From an uncultured Bacteroidota bacterium (lineage in GTDB: Bacteria; Bacteroidota; Bacteroidia; Bacteroidales; UBA12481), in assembly GCA_942493265.1 (NCBI GenBank), contig OW818688.1, positions 1,218,994 through 1,282,993 of the forward strand: 64,000 nt of DNA. The letters run 5' to 3'. Both the position numbers and the translations under genes were made by a program. Shown piece by piece: positions 46,642 to 57,164 of this stretch. The stretch's first letter is position 1. The number at the start of each line of letters is the position of its first letter. The notes under the pieces were generated by a model, which was not told where the DNA came from, did no database searches, and worked only from the letters and a program-made list of their open reading frames with translations.

Positions 46642-48969
46642 CTAGATATTTAACCATTTCTGATTCTCTTTCAATTCCCAGATTTTATCACCGTAAACCA
46701 CCCGGCAGGGGAGACCTGCCCTGGAATGGATCACCGCACTGGTCAGTTGCCCGTTGTTCCAGCTCATTTCCACCTCAAATCCGCCACGGGCGCAAAGGCC
46801 GGTGACCTTGCCTGCAGGCCATGCTTTGGGCAGTGCGGGCAGCAGATGGATGGATCCCGTGTGGCTTTGCACCAGCATCTCGCAGAAGCCGGCTGTAGCA
46901 CCAAAATTGCCATCAATCTGGAACGGCGGATGCGAGTCGAAGAGGTTCGGATAAACTCCGCCGCCGCTGTCGCCGTAGATGGTTTCTGTTCCGTGGACCA
47001 CGTTGAGCAGGCTGCGCAGCATGGTGTAGGCGTGATCGCCGTCCCACAGCCTGGCCCAGAAATTGATTTTCCAGGCGCGGCTCCATCCGGTACTTTTGTC
47101 GCCGCGGGCCTGCAGGGAAACGCGGGCGGCTTCGGCCAGTTCAGGGGTGGTTGCCCGGGTGATCTGCCGTCCGGGATACAGGGCGAACAGATGGGAAACA
47201 TGGCGATGAGTATCCTTTGGATCGTCCTTGTCTTCTTCCCACTCCTGCAATTGTCCCCAGTGCCCGACCTTCGGCTTGAGCAGCTTGTCGCGCAGTCCGG
47301 CAATGTGATCCCGGAATTCCCTGTCATCACCCAGCACATCTGCGGCTTCAATCGTGTTGGTGAAGAGGTCGAAGATGATCTCCTGGTCGTATGTCACACC
47401 TTCTTCGGCGGGACCGTGCTCGGGCGACCATCCATCGGGTGTGACGAGCGTGCCGTCAGGCCGGCGTTTCAGGTGATCGTCCCAGAACTGGCACACTTCT
47501 TTAAGAACGGGATAGGCAGTTGTGCGGAGATACTCCTTATCCCGGCCAAAAGCGAAATGCTCCCACAAATGTTGTGCATACCAGGCACTCCCGGGCGGAT
47601 TCCATTTCCAATACGAAACACCACACGCGTTGTTCATCGTTTGCACGGTCCAGCCCCTGACTTTGCCATATTTTCGTTGGGTGTTTTTCCTGCTGACCTC
47701 CCGGATGCTCGCAGTATAGTCGATAAACGGCTTGTGGCACTCAGCGAGATTGGCCGGTTCAGCTGGCCAGTAGTTCATTTCGACGTTGATATTTGAGTGG
47801 TAGTCACCGGCCCAGGCGGGTTCGTTGCTGTCGTTCCATACCCCCTGGAGATTGGCGGGCAAAGATCCCGGGCGCGAGCAACCAATCAGCAGGTAGCGTC
47901 CATACTGGCAGAACAGGGCTTCGAGATCCGGGTCGGCCATGGAGTTTTTTGTGTAGTCATCCAGCCTCGCCAGCGTGGTTCGGGCCAGCTGGCTGGGAGC
48001 CGTGGTTCCCACCTCAAGGGAAAAACGGTGAAACAACGATTGATAATCTTTCACATGCCGGTCCTGAAGCCTGGCTGCACTCTGCCTGGCTGCGGCATCC
48101 ACCCGCCTGGTTACGGCGGCATGGGGATGAATGCCCAGCCACTGTTTGGTGTGATCCTGAATGAAGTTTGTGCCTGCCCCGAGTATCAGCGTCAGGCTGT
48201 CGCACTGGTCGAAGGCCAGGCTGCTGGTGGGTGTGGCAATATCCCATGGGTTTTTGGCTGATGCATCGTCTTTCACGGCGATGGCGCCGTTTTTGTTCAG
48301 CACGAGCAATTGGGCTTCATATTCAAACCCGTTTTCCAGCCTGCCCACCGAGCTGATCCTGTTGCCTTCGGCGGCAATCCGCGCCCTGTGCATGTCGGCA
48401 AGCTGAACGCGGCCGGTATAGGCCGCGGGCTTGTTCGCCGTAAGATGGACCACAATAACACCGTCAGGATGACTGGCGAAGGCAGTGCGTTGATAGCGCA
48501 CCCCATTGTAATCGTAGGTTACCTGATGAACGGCGCGATTGATGTCGAGCTCCTGCCGGTAGCGGGTCACCCCGGAGAAATCATGACCAAGATGGATGAA
48601 GATATCACCAAACGCCTGATAGGCGCCCAGGTCCTGACCTTCATCATCCAATCCCTCAACAGCCATGCGGGTTCCCGACCAGAGACTGATCTCATTGAAC
48701 TGTATCCGCTCGATCGCGGTGCCGCCAAAGAGCATCGCCCCCATGGGCCCGTTGCCGATCGGATAGGCCTCGGTCATCCAGGCTTCTGCCGGCCGGTCGG
48801 ACCAAAGGCACAATTTTCCGGAGGCTTTCGCCCCGACAGGGATTTCACCCGCACGGGCAGTCATTCCGGTTAGCGGACTAATGCCCAGAGCGGCCGTTGC
48901 CATGCCGGCGGAATACAAAAAGTGACGCCGGGAGATGGGGTTTTCCTGTTTGTGTGTTTTTTTAGTCAT
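46642..48969 (-). CDS. GH95 alpha-L-fucosidase (Tat signal)
   Basis: [17 protein letters not shown] signal. [33 protein letters not shown] and [21 protein letters not shown] are hallmark GH95 blocks. Confidence 0.9.
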   Translation of the reverse strand: MTKKTHKQENPISRRHFLYSAGMATAALGISPLTGMTARAGEIPVGAKASGKLCLWSDRPAEAWMTEAYPIGNGPMGAMLFGGTAIERIQFNEISLWSGTRMAVEGLDDEGQDLGAYQAFGDIFIHLGHDFSGVTRYRQELDINRAVHQVTYDYNGVRYQRTAFASHPDGVIVVHLTANKPAAYTGRVQLADMHRARIAAEGNRISSVGRLENGFEYEAQLLVLNKNGAIAVKDDASAKNPWDIATPTSSLAFDQCDSLTLILGAGTNFIQDHTKQWLGIHPHAAVTRRVDAAARQSAARLQDRHVKDYQSLFHRFSLEVGTTAPSQLARTTLARLDDYTKNSMADPDLEALFCQYGRYLLIGCSRPGSLPANLQGVWNDSNEPAWAGDYHSNINVEMNYWPAEPANLAECHKPFIDYTASIREVSRKNTQRKYGKVRGWTVQTMNNACGVSYWKWNPPGSAWYAQHLWEHFAFGRDKEYLRTTAYPVLKEVCQFWDDHLKRRPDGTLVTPDGWSPEHGPAEEGVTYDQEIIFDLFTNTIEAADVLGDDREFRDHIAGLRDKLLKPKVGHWGQLQEWEEDKDDPKDTHRHVSHLFALYPGRQITRATTPELAEAARVSLQARGDKSTGWSRAWKINFWARLWDGDHAYTMLRSLLNVVHGTETIYGDSGGGVYPNLFDSHPPFQIDGNFGATAGFCEMLVQSHTGSIHLLPALPKAWPAGKVTGLCARGGFEVEMSWNNGQLTSAVIHSRAGLPCRVVYGDKIWELKENQKWLNI

Positions 48970-49063
48970 GCTGGTAATCGATTTCGGACGGTGCTTTCTT
49001 TGTGAAAATACGACTAAACTTTTCCCGTTTGACGCTAAAACATTTGGAACTTGTCTTCTTTCT

Positions 49064-49117
49064 GTTTACAGAAATTATTTAATATATAATATTTAAGTTA
49101 ACAGAAATTTATTTATC
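49064..49117 (+). promoter_or_regulatory. Two GTT(T/A)ACAGAAATT direct repeats at 33-bp phasing upstream of ATPase paralog 2
   Basis: ACAGAAATT occurs at 49068-49076 and 49101-49109. The second copy ends 4 nt before a TATCTTTG -7 box (49114-49121). ATG at 49142. Confidence 0.6.
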
Positions 49118-49141
49118 TTTGATCTTGTTCAACCAAACCCG

Positions 49142-50437
49142 ATGGATAAGAATAAATTATTCGGCATACTAAACGACTGGAACTACTGGGATAAGCCGGT
49201 TACGGAGTTTTTCCCGAGGGAGGAGTACCAGAAGAAAATCAATTCATACCTGGCAACCGGTGAGGTTATCGTACTGAAAGGTATCCGCAGGTCAGGAAAA
49301 TCAACACTGCTAATCAACCATATACGGCATCTCACTGGCACGGGAGTGGATAAAAAGGAGACACTCTTCGTGAATTTTGAAGACCCCCGTTTCGACGGAG
49401 TACTGAACAGCGAACTACTGGAACAAATTTTTGAGGTTTACAGGGAATTTGTCAACAACGAAACAAAACCTCATATTTTTCTGGATGAAGTTCAGCATGT
49501 TGCTCAATGGGAAAAATGGGTACTCTCCGGTTATGAGCTAAAAAGGGCGCATTTTTATGTTACCGGCTCATCTTCAAAACTCCTTAGCCGAGAATTTGGC
49601 ACTGCCCTGAGCGGACGGTTTCTTTCTATCACTGTTTTCCCGCTTAGTTTCGGGGAGTACCTCCGGTTTAAGCTTCAGCCAGCACCGGATAAAATTTCGA
49701 TCATCACACAGAAATTAGTTTATAAAATAGCTTTCAATGAGTACATCAAAGGGGGCGGTTTCCCTAAAGTATGTTCTCTTGACGAGGATTTGAGGCGGCA
49801 GGAAATCATTATGTATTTCGAAACCATCATTCTTAAAGATATTGTTGCCCGCTACAACCTCAAAAACTACGACAGCGTTAAAAAAGTAGCACTTTATCTA
49901 ATTTCTAACATTGGAAAACCCTTTAACCTGAACAAGGTAAGAGTTTCACTTACACTTTCGTACGACCTGGCAGACAAGTATTTCGAATACCTGAAAGATA
50001 CTTTTCTGTTGTTTGAAGTATTTCAATACGACCACTCAATTAACCGTCAATTTGCCAATCACCGTAAAGTTTATTGCATCGACAATGGAGTATTGACTTA
50101 TACTTCTTTCAGGGTTTCAGAAGATTATGGCCGCTACCTTGAAAACCTTGTTTTCATTGAATTGCTGCGACAGGGGCATGAGGTATATTTCCACCAGGGG
50201 AAAAAAGAATGTGATTTTATAATCAAGAAAGGGCTAACGATCACTCAAGCCATACAGGTATGCCGCACCTTGCAGGATGAAGAAACCAAAAAGCGGGAAC
50301 TGGAAGGATTAAAAGAAGCTCTTGAAACATATGGGCTGATTGAAGGAGTGATACTTACTGAAGACGAAGAATACGAAATATCTTTCCAGGGACGCCGGAT
50401 CATCGTTCAACCGGTTTGGAAATGGTTGCTGGAATAG
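49142..50437 (+). CDS. AAA+ ATPase (COG1373 / DUF4143 type), paralog 2
   Basis: Walker A LKGIRRSGKST and Walker B IFLDEVQ. The C-terminal ECDFII...AIQVC segment is a divergent nuclease-like tail. Confidence 0.85.
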   Translation: MDKNKLFGILNDWNYWDKPVTEFFPREEYQKKINSYLATGEVIVLKGIRRSGKSTLLINHIRHLTGTGVDKKETLFVNFEDPRFDGVLNSELLEQIFEVYREFVNNETKPHIFLDEVQHVAQWEKWVLSGYELKRAHFYVTGSSSKLLSREFGTALSGRFLSITVFPLSFGEYLRFKLQPAPDKISIITQKLVYKIAFNEYIKGGGFPKVCSLDEDLRRQEIIMYFETIILKDIVARYNLKNYDSVKKVALYLISNIGKPFNLNKVRVSLTLSYDLADKYFEYLKDTFLLFEVFQYDHSINRQFANHRKVYCIDNGVLTYTSFRVSEDYGRYLENLVFIELLRQGHEVYFHQGKKECDFIIKKGLTITQAIQVCRTLQDEETKKRELEGLKEALETYGLIEGVILTEDEEYEISFQGRRIIVQPVWKWLLE

Positions 50438-50441
50438 TTGG

Positions 50442-50627
50442 TCAGCTTAATTTAATAATCGGATCAAAGAATATCCCGCTGAGTACGGCATTATCGCCGC
50501 GGACCTGGTCAATCCGGAACTTGGCGGATTTATTATATGAATAGATCAGGTACCGGCCACCCTTGAAATTACTGATGATCTTTACAGGCGCGATTTGGTT
50601 CAAAGTCTCCGCATCCATCATCTCCAC
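50442..50627 (-). CDS. Small hypothetical ORF (possibly non-coding or a gene fragment)
   Basis: 61-aa ORF downstream of GH29 with no recognisable motif, squeezed between convergent genes. Confidence 0.2.
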   Translation of the reverse strand: MEMMDAETLNQIAPVKIISNFKGGRYLIYSYNKSAKFRIDQVRGDNAVLSGIFFDPIIKLS

Positions 50628-50650
50628 GGCTGCTTAAAATATGATAATAT

Positions 50651-52147
50651 TTATAATGGTTTACGGCGAACAATCTTAATAGCATAAGCATGCTCACAGG
50701 GTTTTGTTTTCGGGGTTTCTATAATTAGCCCTTCTTTTGTCATCTCCCATTTGAGCTCCTTGCCATCACCCAGCATGGTTATGGAAGTGATTTCCGAGGG
50801 ATAGAGTCCGGCCCATGTTTTCCCCTTGGGGGCAAAGCTTTTTATGAGCATCTTCTCGCCGGGCCAATCCAGAGCGATCACATAAAGATTGTCATCCTTA
50901 ACGGTAAACCTGAAATCCTGTCCGGTATAGATCAGATCGTTCTTCTCAACATTTTCACCGGCGCCGCCCAGTTTTGTCGGTCCCTCACCTGCAATTACCC
51001 AAGCGGAAGTGCCATAGATAGCTTCTCCATTCATCCTAAGCCATTCACCCATTGCCAGAAGCCGTTGCCTAGCTTCTTCCGGAATGGTACCATCCGGCTT
51101 AGGGCCTACGTTGAGCAGCAAGTAACCGTTCTTGCTGACACGATCCACCAGGTTATCAATCAGATTGTCCACCGATTTAAACCCAAGACCTTTAACATAT
51201 CCCCATCCTTGTCCATCATCAATTGAGGTGTCGGTTATCCATTCGTAATAGGTTAGTTCACCTTCCTGACCCTGTTCGTAGTCAACCAAGCCGGTTCCGG
51301 GCGGCAAATCATGTCCTTTATAACTGACCACCACTTCTTTTCTATTCTTAACGGCCCAATTGTAATAATTGGCCAGCATTTCCTTCTTGTAAGATTCGGC
51401 AATCAGTTCGAGACCGAAATCAAACCAGATGAAATCAGGCTCGTAGAGGCCGATAACCTCAGTAATTTTGTTCTGCCATTGCTCCAGAAACGCTTTTGAC
51501 GGCCGTTCACCCGGCTCATGGATTGGGCCGTATAGGCTTGAATATTTTGGATCACCGCAATCGTAGCGCTTATCCCAGGTTGGGAAGTAGAACCACTCCT
51601 CAGCATGATGAAAGGCCGTGAGGAATTTCATATTATGATTCCTGATTGCTTTTGACAATTCCCCTACCACGTCGCGTTTCGGACCCATTTTCACCGCATT
51701 CCATTCGGTATATTTTGTGTTCCACATCGCAAATCCATCGTGATGCTCCGCTACCGGACCCGCAAACCTGGCTCCGGCCTTTTCGAACAGGTCAGCCCAC
51801 TCCTCCGCGTTGAACTTCTCACCGGTAAACATGGGGATAAAGTCCTTGTACCCGAAATCCTCCAGTTTGCCATAAGTAGCTTCATGATATTTGCGCTGCG
51901 GGCTTGCAGGATTCACGTAAACCTGGTTGGCATACCAGGTTCCGTTAGGACCTTGCGCCGGAACCGAATATACTCCCCAATGGGTGTAAATACCGAACTT
52001 TCCATCCCGGAGCCATTGTGGGGTCATAAATTTGTTCAGAGATTTCCAGGTCGGCTCATAAACTTCTTGTGCTTCGACTGGAAATAATGGTATCAATTGC
52101 AATAGGATCGACAACCCTATGAGCGAATATAACTGATTCTTTTTCAT
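50651..52147 (-). CDS. GH29 alpha-L-fucosidase
   Basis: Signal peptide. KFGIYTHWGVYSVPAQG and AGPVAEHHDGFAMWNTKYTEWNAVKMGPKRDVV are typical GH29 blocks. Confidence 0.9.
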   Translation of the reverse strand: MKKNQLYSLIGLSILLQLIPLFPVEAQEVYEPTWKSLNKFMTPQWLRDGKFGIYTHWGVYSVPAQGPNGTWYANQVYVNPASPQRKYHEATYGKLEDFGYKDFIPMFTGEKFNAEEWADLFEKAGARFAGPVAEHHDGFAMWNTKYTEWNAVKMGPKRDVVGELSKAIRNHNMKFLTAFHHAEEWFYFPTWDKRYDCGDPKYSSLYGPIHEPGERPSKAFLEQWQNKITEVIGLYEPDFIWFDFGLELIAESYKKEMLANYYNWAVKNRKEVVVSYKGHDLPPGTGLVDYEQGQEGELTYYEWITDTSIDDGQGWGYVKGLGFKSVDNLIDNLVDRVSKNGYLLLNVGPKPDGTIPEEARQRLLAMGEWLRMNGEAIYGTSAWVIAGEGPTKLGGAGENVEKNDLIYTGQDFRFTVKDDNLYVIALDWPGEKMLIKSFAPKGKTWAGLYPSEITSITMLGDGKELKWEMTKEGLIIETPKTKPCEHAYAIKIVRRKPL

Positions 52148-52151
52148 GTTA

Positions 52152-53717
52152 TTACAGTTTCTTTATAATTGTTTCTTTGAAGTCTTGCTGTTTGGCATCA
52201 GGTGCGGGAGAGGTTTTACACTGATCCAGCAAAGCCTTCATTTCCTGCACGATCTCCGGGTGTTTGAAATAGAGATTCACGGTTTCTCCCGGATCGGATT
52301 CGAGGTTATATAGCTGTGCCGGGGCATCCGGTGCATTGTCGTTGAGCATGAAGGGTTTAAGGTCAGGATTGTTGTAGTTGTTCCCGCCGGATCCGCGATG
52401 GTCGAGGTATTTCCAGGGTCCCTTGCGGATGGCGAGGGCCAGACTGATGGTTTGGTGCAGGGTGTATGGGCGGACTGCGCTGTCGCCCGCTTTGCCGAGC
52501 AGTATGGGAAGAATGTTGTAGCTGTCTTCGGCAGAGCCATCAGGCAGTGCGGCGCCGGTCATCGCGGCACACGTGGCCATGATGTCGGTGAGACAGACCG
52601 TTTGATCACTCGTGCTGCCGGATGCGATTTTTCCCGGCCAGCGAACGATGAAGGGCACCCGGTGTCCGCCCTCCCACTGATCGCGCTTCACCCCTCGCCA
52701 GGGCCTTGCGCCGTCATGGTTATAGTCAGCGCGCATGTGAACCACGCTGGTGACTTCCGGACCGTTGTCGCTGGAAAACATCACCACGGTATTTTCCGCC
52801 ATTCCAAGCCGATCCAGAGCCTTCATCAGTTCGCCGATAATGTAATCGAGTTCATGGATGAAATCCCCGTGGGGTCCGGCTTTCGTGCTGCCCTGAAACT
52901 GCTTTGATGCGAAAGAGGGCAGATGCACCGCATTCATGGAGTGGAAGAGGAAGAAGGGCTTATCCGGCTGGCTTTTCGCATGTTCACCGAGAAATTCAAG
53001 GCTCTTTTGCAGGAAAACCCGATCCAGTTTTTCCAGGTCATAGTCCGGCGCGATCATGCCGTCGCGGTTGTCCTCGGAATAAGGGTGTTTGGGCAGGTTC
53101 GACTTGTTGAGCATCCCTGTGGGCGGCACCGGAATCCGGTCGCCCTCGATGAAGGCATACAGAAAATCGGTGGCCGGACAGCAGGCTGTGCCGAAGAAGC
53201 TGTCGAATCCGCGATGTACCGGAGCATCCGGAATGGCGCGCGAGTAATCGATCATTTTTACGCCTTCAACACCCCCTTGCGTGATGCGCTGCCCTTCCTT
53301 GTCGAAGAAACTCAGGCCGACATGCCACTTGCCGGTCATGGCCGTGGTATAGCCCTGATTACGAAGCATCTGCGGCAGGGTCAGCTGATCCTCTTTGATT
53401 AAACAGGGCCCGCCCACACCGGCGAAGACCCCTTTATAAGGAATGCGGAATGCCATCCGGCCGGTGAGCAGACTGTACCGGCTGGGAGTGCTTACCGTTG
53501 ATGGAGAATGGGCGTCGGTGAACCGCATCCCCTGCCGTGCCAGCCGGTCGAGGTTAGGCGTGGCAACTCTGGATTCGGCATTGTAGCAGCCAACATCGCC
53601 ATAGCCGAGGTCGTCGGCCAGGATCATGATGATATTGGGTTTTATCGGGTTTGCCCGATCCTGTGCTACAAGTGACAGGGGGGTAAGGGCCAGGGTGGTG
53701 AGAAGGGTTGATTTCAT
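52152..53717 (-). CDS. Sulfatase (S1 family), Ser-type active-site motif
   Basis: PNIIMILADDLGYGDVGCYN. The active-site box is VSTPSRYSLLTGR, i.e. S-T-P-S-R instead of C-T-P-S-R. Confidence 0.85.
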   Translation of the reverse strand: MKSTLLTTLALTPLSLVAQDRANPIKPNIIMILADDLGYGDVGCYNAESRVATPNLDRLARQGMRFTDAHSPSTVSTPSRYSLLTGRMAFRIPYKGVFAGVGGPCLIKEDQLTLPQMLRNQGYTTAMTGKWHVGLSFFDKEGQRITQGGVEGVKMIDYSRAIPDAPVHRGFDSFFGTACCPATDFLYAFIEGDRIPVPPTGMLNKSNLPKHPYSEDNRDGMIAPDYDLEKLDRVFLQKSLEFLGEHAKSQPDKPFFLFHSMNAVHLPSFASKQFQGSTKAGPHGDFIHELDYIIGELMKALDRLGMAENTVVMFSSDNGPEVTSVVHMRADYNHDGARPWRGVKRDQWEGGHRVPFIVRWPGKIASGSTSDQTVCLTDIMATCAAMTGAALPDGSAEDSYNILPILLGKAGDSAVRPYTLHQTISLALAIRKGPWKYLDHRGSGGNNYNNPDLKPFMLNDNAPDAPAQLYNLESDPGETVNLYFKHPEIVQEMKALLDQCKTSPAPDAKQQDFKETIIKKL

Positions 53718-53726
53718 CGATGCAGA

Positions 53727-55664
53727 TTAATCTTTTATAAATTTTCTGACCTCAATGTGCTCAGCTGTTTTTACTTTGACCACATAAAATCCATCAGGCA
53801 ATCCGGATACATCTATTTTAGCCGATCTCTCAGCCGTTTTGGTTATCAGGAGGGTTCCATTCAAACTGTATATCTCGGCAATGGTTTTACCGAAACCGTA
53901 TGTTTGCACATTCAGCACGTCAATTGCTGGATTTGGATACACCAGAAGTCCGATTGCGCTGATTTCAGAATCAGTAATCCCCGATGGCAATTTCGAACCC
54001 CTCAGATTGATCTCCGCAATTGAGGTTCTCATATCCGAAAGGCTCCCGTCGCCTAACCAGGAATTGATGCACGAAAACTTCAGATATCTTCCGGGCGTAT
54101 TTGCAAACAGTACATATTGAGCGAGTTCAGTATAAAAAAAGGTTCCCGATGCAACCGGTGTTCCCCATTCCATGCCATCGGAACTTAAATAGACTTTGTA
54201 TTCAGCCACCCGTCCTTCCCAAGGGGCAACCGTGTTGGAATTCGCTGTATAATGGAATTCATTGATCAGGTATTCCTGGCCCAGATCGATGATCATTTCA
54301 TGCGGTCGGGCAAAAACATTACCCCACTGAACATGATAATAGGTGCTTGTGTTTCCATCGAAAGCTTTAGTCCCCTGAAAACCTGTTTGTGAAGGAGGAG
54401 CTGAAACCAGCCGCCAGTCTGTTTGCGGGATTTCCGGTAACCGACTGGCAGGTTCGGGAGCGGTTATCGTAAAGCTGATCCGGTCAGTGCCCGCAAATTG
54501 GATACCGGTGACTTCAATGCCGGATGCCCGGCCATCCCACCATTTCGTATCTGGTTTTGAATCAGGAGTGAATGATTTTCCGGGACGATACACATCTCCA
54601 ATATTTCCCCGGTTGGTGGCCGATTTCTCCAGTTCAAACCTTCCGTCGGCCTGCTCAATGGAGTTCCGGTAGTGTTTTAGAGGGGTCATATCCGAAAGCC
54701 GGTTTGAAGTAAAAACCTTGGAATCGGTATGCCAGATCAGTAACCCAAGATCGGCGGGGAAAAGTGAATTTCCGATGGTCGACTTTTTACGGGCCTCGAT
54801 GGTAAAGAATTCGAATGGATCGTATGGATTTCGCAATACCACAATGCTGTCACCGTCAGCTTTTAAGGTTATCGTTGTGGTTCCTGCTTGGGGCTCAAGA
54901 GCCATTCCCCATTTATATTGGGCCAGAAAGGGTCCGCCGATGGGCTCAACATCGGGCAGACCTCCCGACATCAGGCAGTAAAAACCGGTTCCGCCGGAAT
55001 GTGCGGCGCCGTCATCGGTATCATAAGTATCTGGAAACCCAAAAATTCCATGACCCGATTCGTGGAGGGTCATAAATAGATTTACCGGCGTGGTATCCCA
55101 GGGGGATTTCAGGACAGATCCGTAAATCGTGGTCACTTTTACCCCGTTGGACAGGGTCCAGTTCGGACCGTGGGAAGCCCCAACCCCCAGGGGTCCCCAT
55201 TTGGAGCTGATCACCATCACCGATGCCAGTCCGCCCTTCCACGATTTGTCGAAACTATCGTCGGTAATACTCAATGACCGCCAGTCATACTGCGGATTAT
55301 GCGTAATGATCCATTCCAGCGCATCTTTCCAGAGCAGAATTCCCTCTTGCCAGGTAATTGATTCATAATAGGTTGAAGGCTGAGGTGCCGTATAGAAAAA
55401 AATATCATGGGTAAAGTCGAAATTTCTTCTGGATTGCTCATACCAGTATTTTCTAAAGCTTCGTGCAGCCCCCTCTTCCTGGTAAGTCATACCGTTGATC
55501 AGGCTGTCGAGCCTTGCCGGGGTTACCGATGCCGGCACATCCGGATAATCTATATAAATGGCAATCCCCTTATACTTTGCGTGAGCATCCGTCTGGCTAA
55601 CAGCCTCACGGGTAATTGGCAGGAGAAGCAATCCTGCAATAATCAGCGAGTGTATTGTTTTCAT
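53727..55664 (-). CDS. Secreted M6 (InhA)-like zinc metalloprotease with discoidin (F5/8 type C)-like domain and T9SS CTD
   Basis: LHESGHGIFGFPDTYD matches the M6 HExxHxxGxPDxYD signature. GTKAFDGNTSTYYHVQW looks discoidin-like. The C-terminus LLVYPNPAIDVLNVQ...FYVVKVKTAEHIEVRKFIKD is a T9SS CTD. Confidence 0.7.
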   Translation of the reverse strand: MKTIHSLIIAGLLLLPITREAVSQTDAHAKYKGIAIYIDYPDVPASVTPARLDSLINGMTYQEEGAARSFRKYWYEQSRRNFDFTHDIFFYTAPQPSTYYESITWQEGILLWKDALEWIITHNPQYDWRSLSITDDSFDKSWKGGLASVMVISSKWGPLGVGASHGPNWTLSNGVKVTTIYGSVLKSPWDTTPVNLFMTLHESGHGIFGFPDTYDTDDGAAHSGGTGFYCLMSGGLPDVEPIGGPFLAQYKWGMALEPQAGTTTITLKADGDSIVVLRNPYDPFEFFTIEARKKSTIGNSLFPADLGLLIWHTDSKVFTSNRLSDMTPLKHYRNSIEQADGRFELEKSATNRGNIGDVYRPGKSFTPDSKPDTKWWDGRASGIEVTGIQFAGTDRISFTITAPEPASRLPEIPQTDWRLVSAPPSQTGFQGTKAFDGNTSTYYHVQWGNVFARPHEMIIDLGQEYLINEFHYTANSNTVAPWEGRVAEYKVYLSSDGMEWGTPVASGTFFYTELAQYVLFANTPGRYLKFSCINSWLGDGSLSDMRTSIAEINLRGSKLPSGITDSEISAIGLLVYPNPAIDVLNVQTYGFGKTIAEIYSLNGTLLITKTAERSAKIDVSGLPDGFYVVKVKTAEHIEVRKFIKD

Positions 55665-55705
55665 ATGTTGGGCTCAAGGTAGGAGATAATCCGAATGCCT
55701 GTATG

Positions 55706-55736
55706 TATCAAATTGGTAGGAATGATTACTAAATTA
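55706..55736 (-). promoter_or_regulatory. Conserved 31-bp operon-leader motif, copy 4 (upstream of the protease / sulfatase / GH29 operon)
   Basis: Minus-sense TAATTTAGTAatcattcctacCAATTTGATA, 42 nt upstream of the ATG at 55664 and 4 nt from the IS-flanking repeat array. Confidence 0.55.
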
Positions 55737-55740
55737 TCTT

Positions 55741-55840
55741 GTCCACATTACCCCTCGGAGAGGTGGCATCCTGCTCTGACTGACCCTCGGAGAGGTGTCA
55801 TCTGCCACCAAGCTACCCTCGGAGAAGTGTCATCCCGACG
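55741..55840. repeat. Left arm: three 19-bp cores CCCTCGGAGA(R)GTG(K)CATC at 32-bp period with 13-bp spacers
   Basis: Cores at 55752-55770, 55784-55802 and 55816-55834. Spacers are CTGCTCTGACTGA and TGCCACCAAGCTA. The outer end is GTCCACA. Confidence 0.9.
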
Positions 55841-55909
55841 TATTCTAAGATAAAAACAAGTTTTTTCTTAGGTATTTTTAAAAAACATTGCCACAATTTC
55901 CTTCTACCT

Positions 55910-56056
55910 CATCAAAGGTCTTAACCGCCAAGATAAGGTATGATCAGAACCTGTCAAGGGCAAGTAAATGCCTCTTCCATCGCTCAAGGCATTATCACAG
56001 GCACCCTTGACAGAACCTGAGTCATACCTTGAAAAAGCGTTTAAGATCCTTTGATG
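55910..56056 (-). ncRNA. Candidate structured RNA / nested stem-loop immediately 3' of the transposase gene
   Basis: Nested complementary pairs: 55910-55924/56041-56056, 55935-55943/56022-56030, 55951-55960/56004-56013 and 55967-55973/55987-55993, with internal loops between them. The 60-aa ORF here is discounted. Confidence 0.35.
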
Positions 56057-56075
56057 CGAAGCCCTGTTGATTGAA

Positions 56076-57071
56076 CTATGCTGCATATCCCATGGTTTCT
56101 ACGTAGGGGGTTCCGCGCTCAACAACAGCAAAGATTCTGGCGACAAGTTTGTTGCGGATGATATTCTGTGTTGACATTTTGTTTTTTCCTTCCGCGATTC
56201 TTTTCTGGTAATACAATCTAATCTCAGTATTATGCTGGATGGCACTGCCGGTAATGTTACTCAAGAGGGATTTCATTTTTTTGTTAGCGAGATGGCTCAC
56301 TTTGGTTTTACCTCTGATACTGGTCCCCGATTGGTATGGGAATGGAGCAATGCCTGCATAACAAGCAAACTTGCGCGCATTTGGGAACCTGTGAAAAGCA
56401 TGAGTTACAGCAATCATATAGAGAGCAGTTTGAGTACCAACACCCTTGATGCTGACGATCAAATCAAATTGCGTTTTCAGCTTCGGATGATTCTGTACCA
56501 CCTTTAAAAGTTCTTTGTCCAGCAGATCGATCTGTTGATCAAGACTCTTGATCATGGTTTCCTGGACGTTGAAGAAAAGCGGATCCTCTTTTTTTCCAAT
56601 TGCCCGTTTAGCTTCACCAATAGATGCCTTATATCCGGCCCTTTGACTCACGAGTCTGTCTCGCAAGGAGAGCAATCGCTTCATCTGTTGGATCTCTTTT
56701 TCGGGCATTTGCGTTGGTATGATCAGGAGCTTACGCAAGCTGGCATACTCGGCAATCTTCCCGGCATCCACCTTGTCACTTTTGCCACGGGAAATGCCCA
56801 GGGATCGCTTCAACTCCAGTCCAGGGAGCATCACAAAAGAGTACCCTTTTTCCTGAAGATAAACAGCCAACTGATGCGAGTAATAGCCGGTATGCTCAAA
56901 AGCGAAGAGCGCCTCAGAGAGTTTTACTTTGTAATCCTTTGCCAGTGAGTGAAAGAGCTGCTTAATACCCTTAGCATCATTCTCTACCTGGAAGACCTTG
57001 CCCTCTGGTAAAACTTCTACATCGAGAGTTAATTTACTTACATCGAAGCCAATAATTTTTGAATAATCCAT
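56076..57071 (-). CDS. IS110-family (DEDD) transposase/recombinase
   Basis: 331 aa. The N-terminal IIGFDVSKLTLDVEV is the first Asp of the RuvC-like DEDD domain. The C-terminal IKGVGTQTALYMIAVTHAFHRFPNARKFACYAGIAPFPYQSGTSIRGKTKVSHLANKKMKSLL is the IS116/IS110/IS902 Tnp domain. Confidence 0.9.
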   Translation of the reverse strand: MDYSKIIGFDVSKLTLDVEVLPEGKVFQVENDAKGIKQLFHSLAKDYKVKLSEALFAFEHTGYYSHQLAVYLQEKGYSFVMLPGLELKRSLGISRGKSDKVDAGKIAEYASLRKLLIIPTQMPEKEIQQMKRLLSLRDRLVSQRAGYKASIGEAKRAIGKKEDPLFFNVQETMIKSLDQQIDLLDKELLKVVQNHPKLKTQFDLIVSIKGVGTQTALYMIAVTHAFHRFPNARKFACYAGIAPFPYQSGTSIRGKTKVSHLANKKMKSLLSNITGSAIQHNTEIRLYYQKRIAEGKNKMSTQNIIRNKLVARIFAVVERGTPYVETMGYAA

Positions 57072-57164
57072 AACTTTGCAATTAAGCGTTAATAAAAAGC
57101 TGCTGTAACTAAAACCTTTAATAGGACTCGTCTCCTAAAATTCTAATTGGTTCACAGTAGCAAG

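Noticed and set aside
55741-55840. Could the regularly spaced repeats flanking the IS be a mini CRISPR array?
   Set aside because: There are only three 19-bp repeats per side with 13-bp spacers, which is far too short. The same two spacers recur in inverted form on the other side of the IS. There are no cas genes in the window.
55904-56086. 60-aa ORF downstream of and overlapping the transposase stop, and the 63-aa ORF at 31139-31330.
   Set aside because: Both lie in regions better explained by nested RNA/DNA secondary structure (the IS end) or by regulatory repeats. Neither has a protein-like composition or motif.
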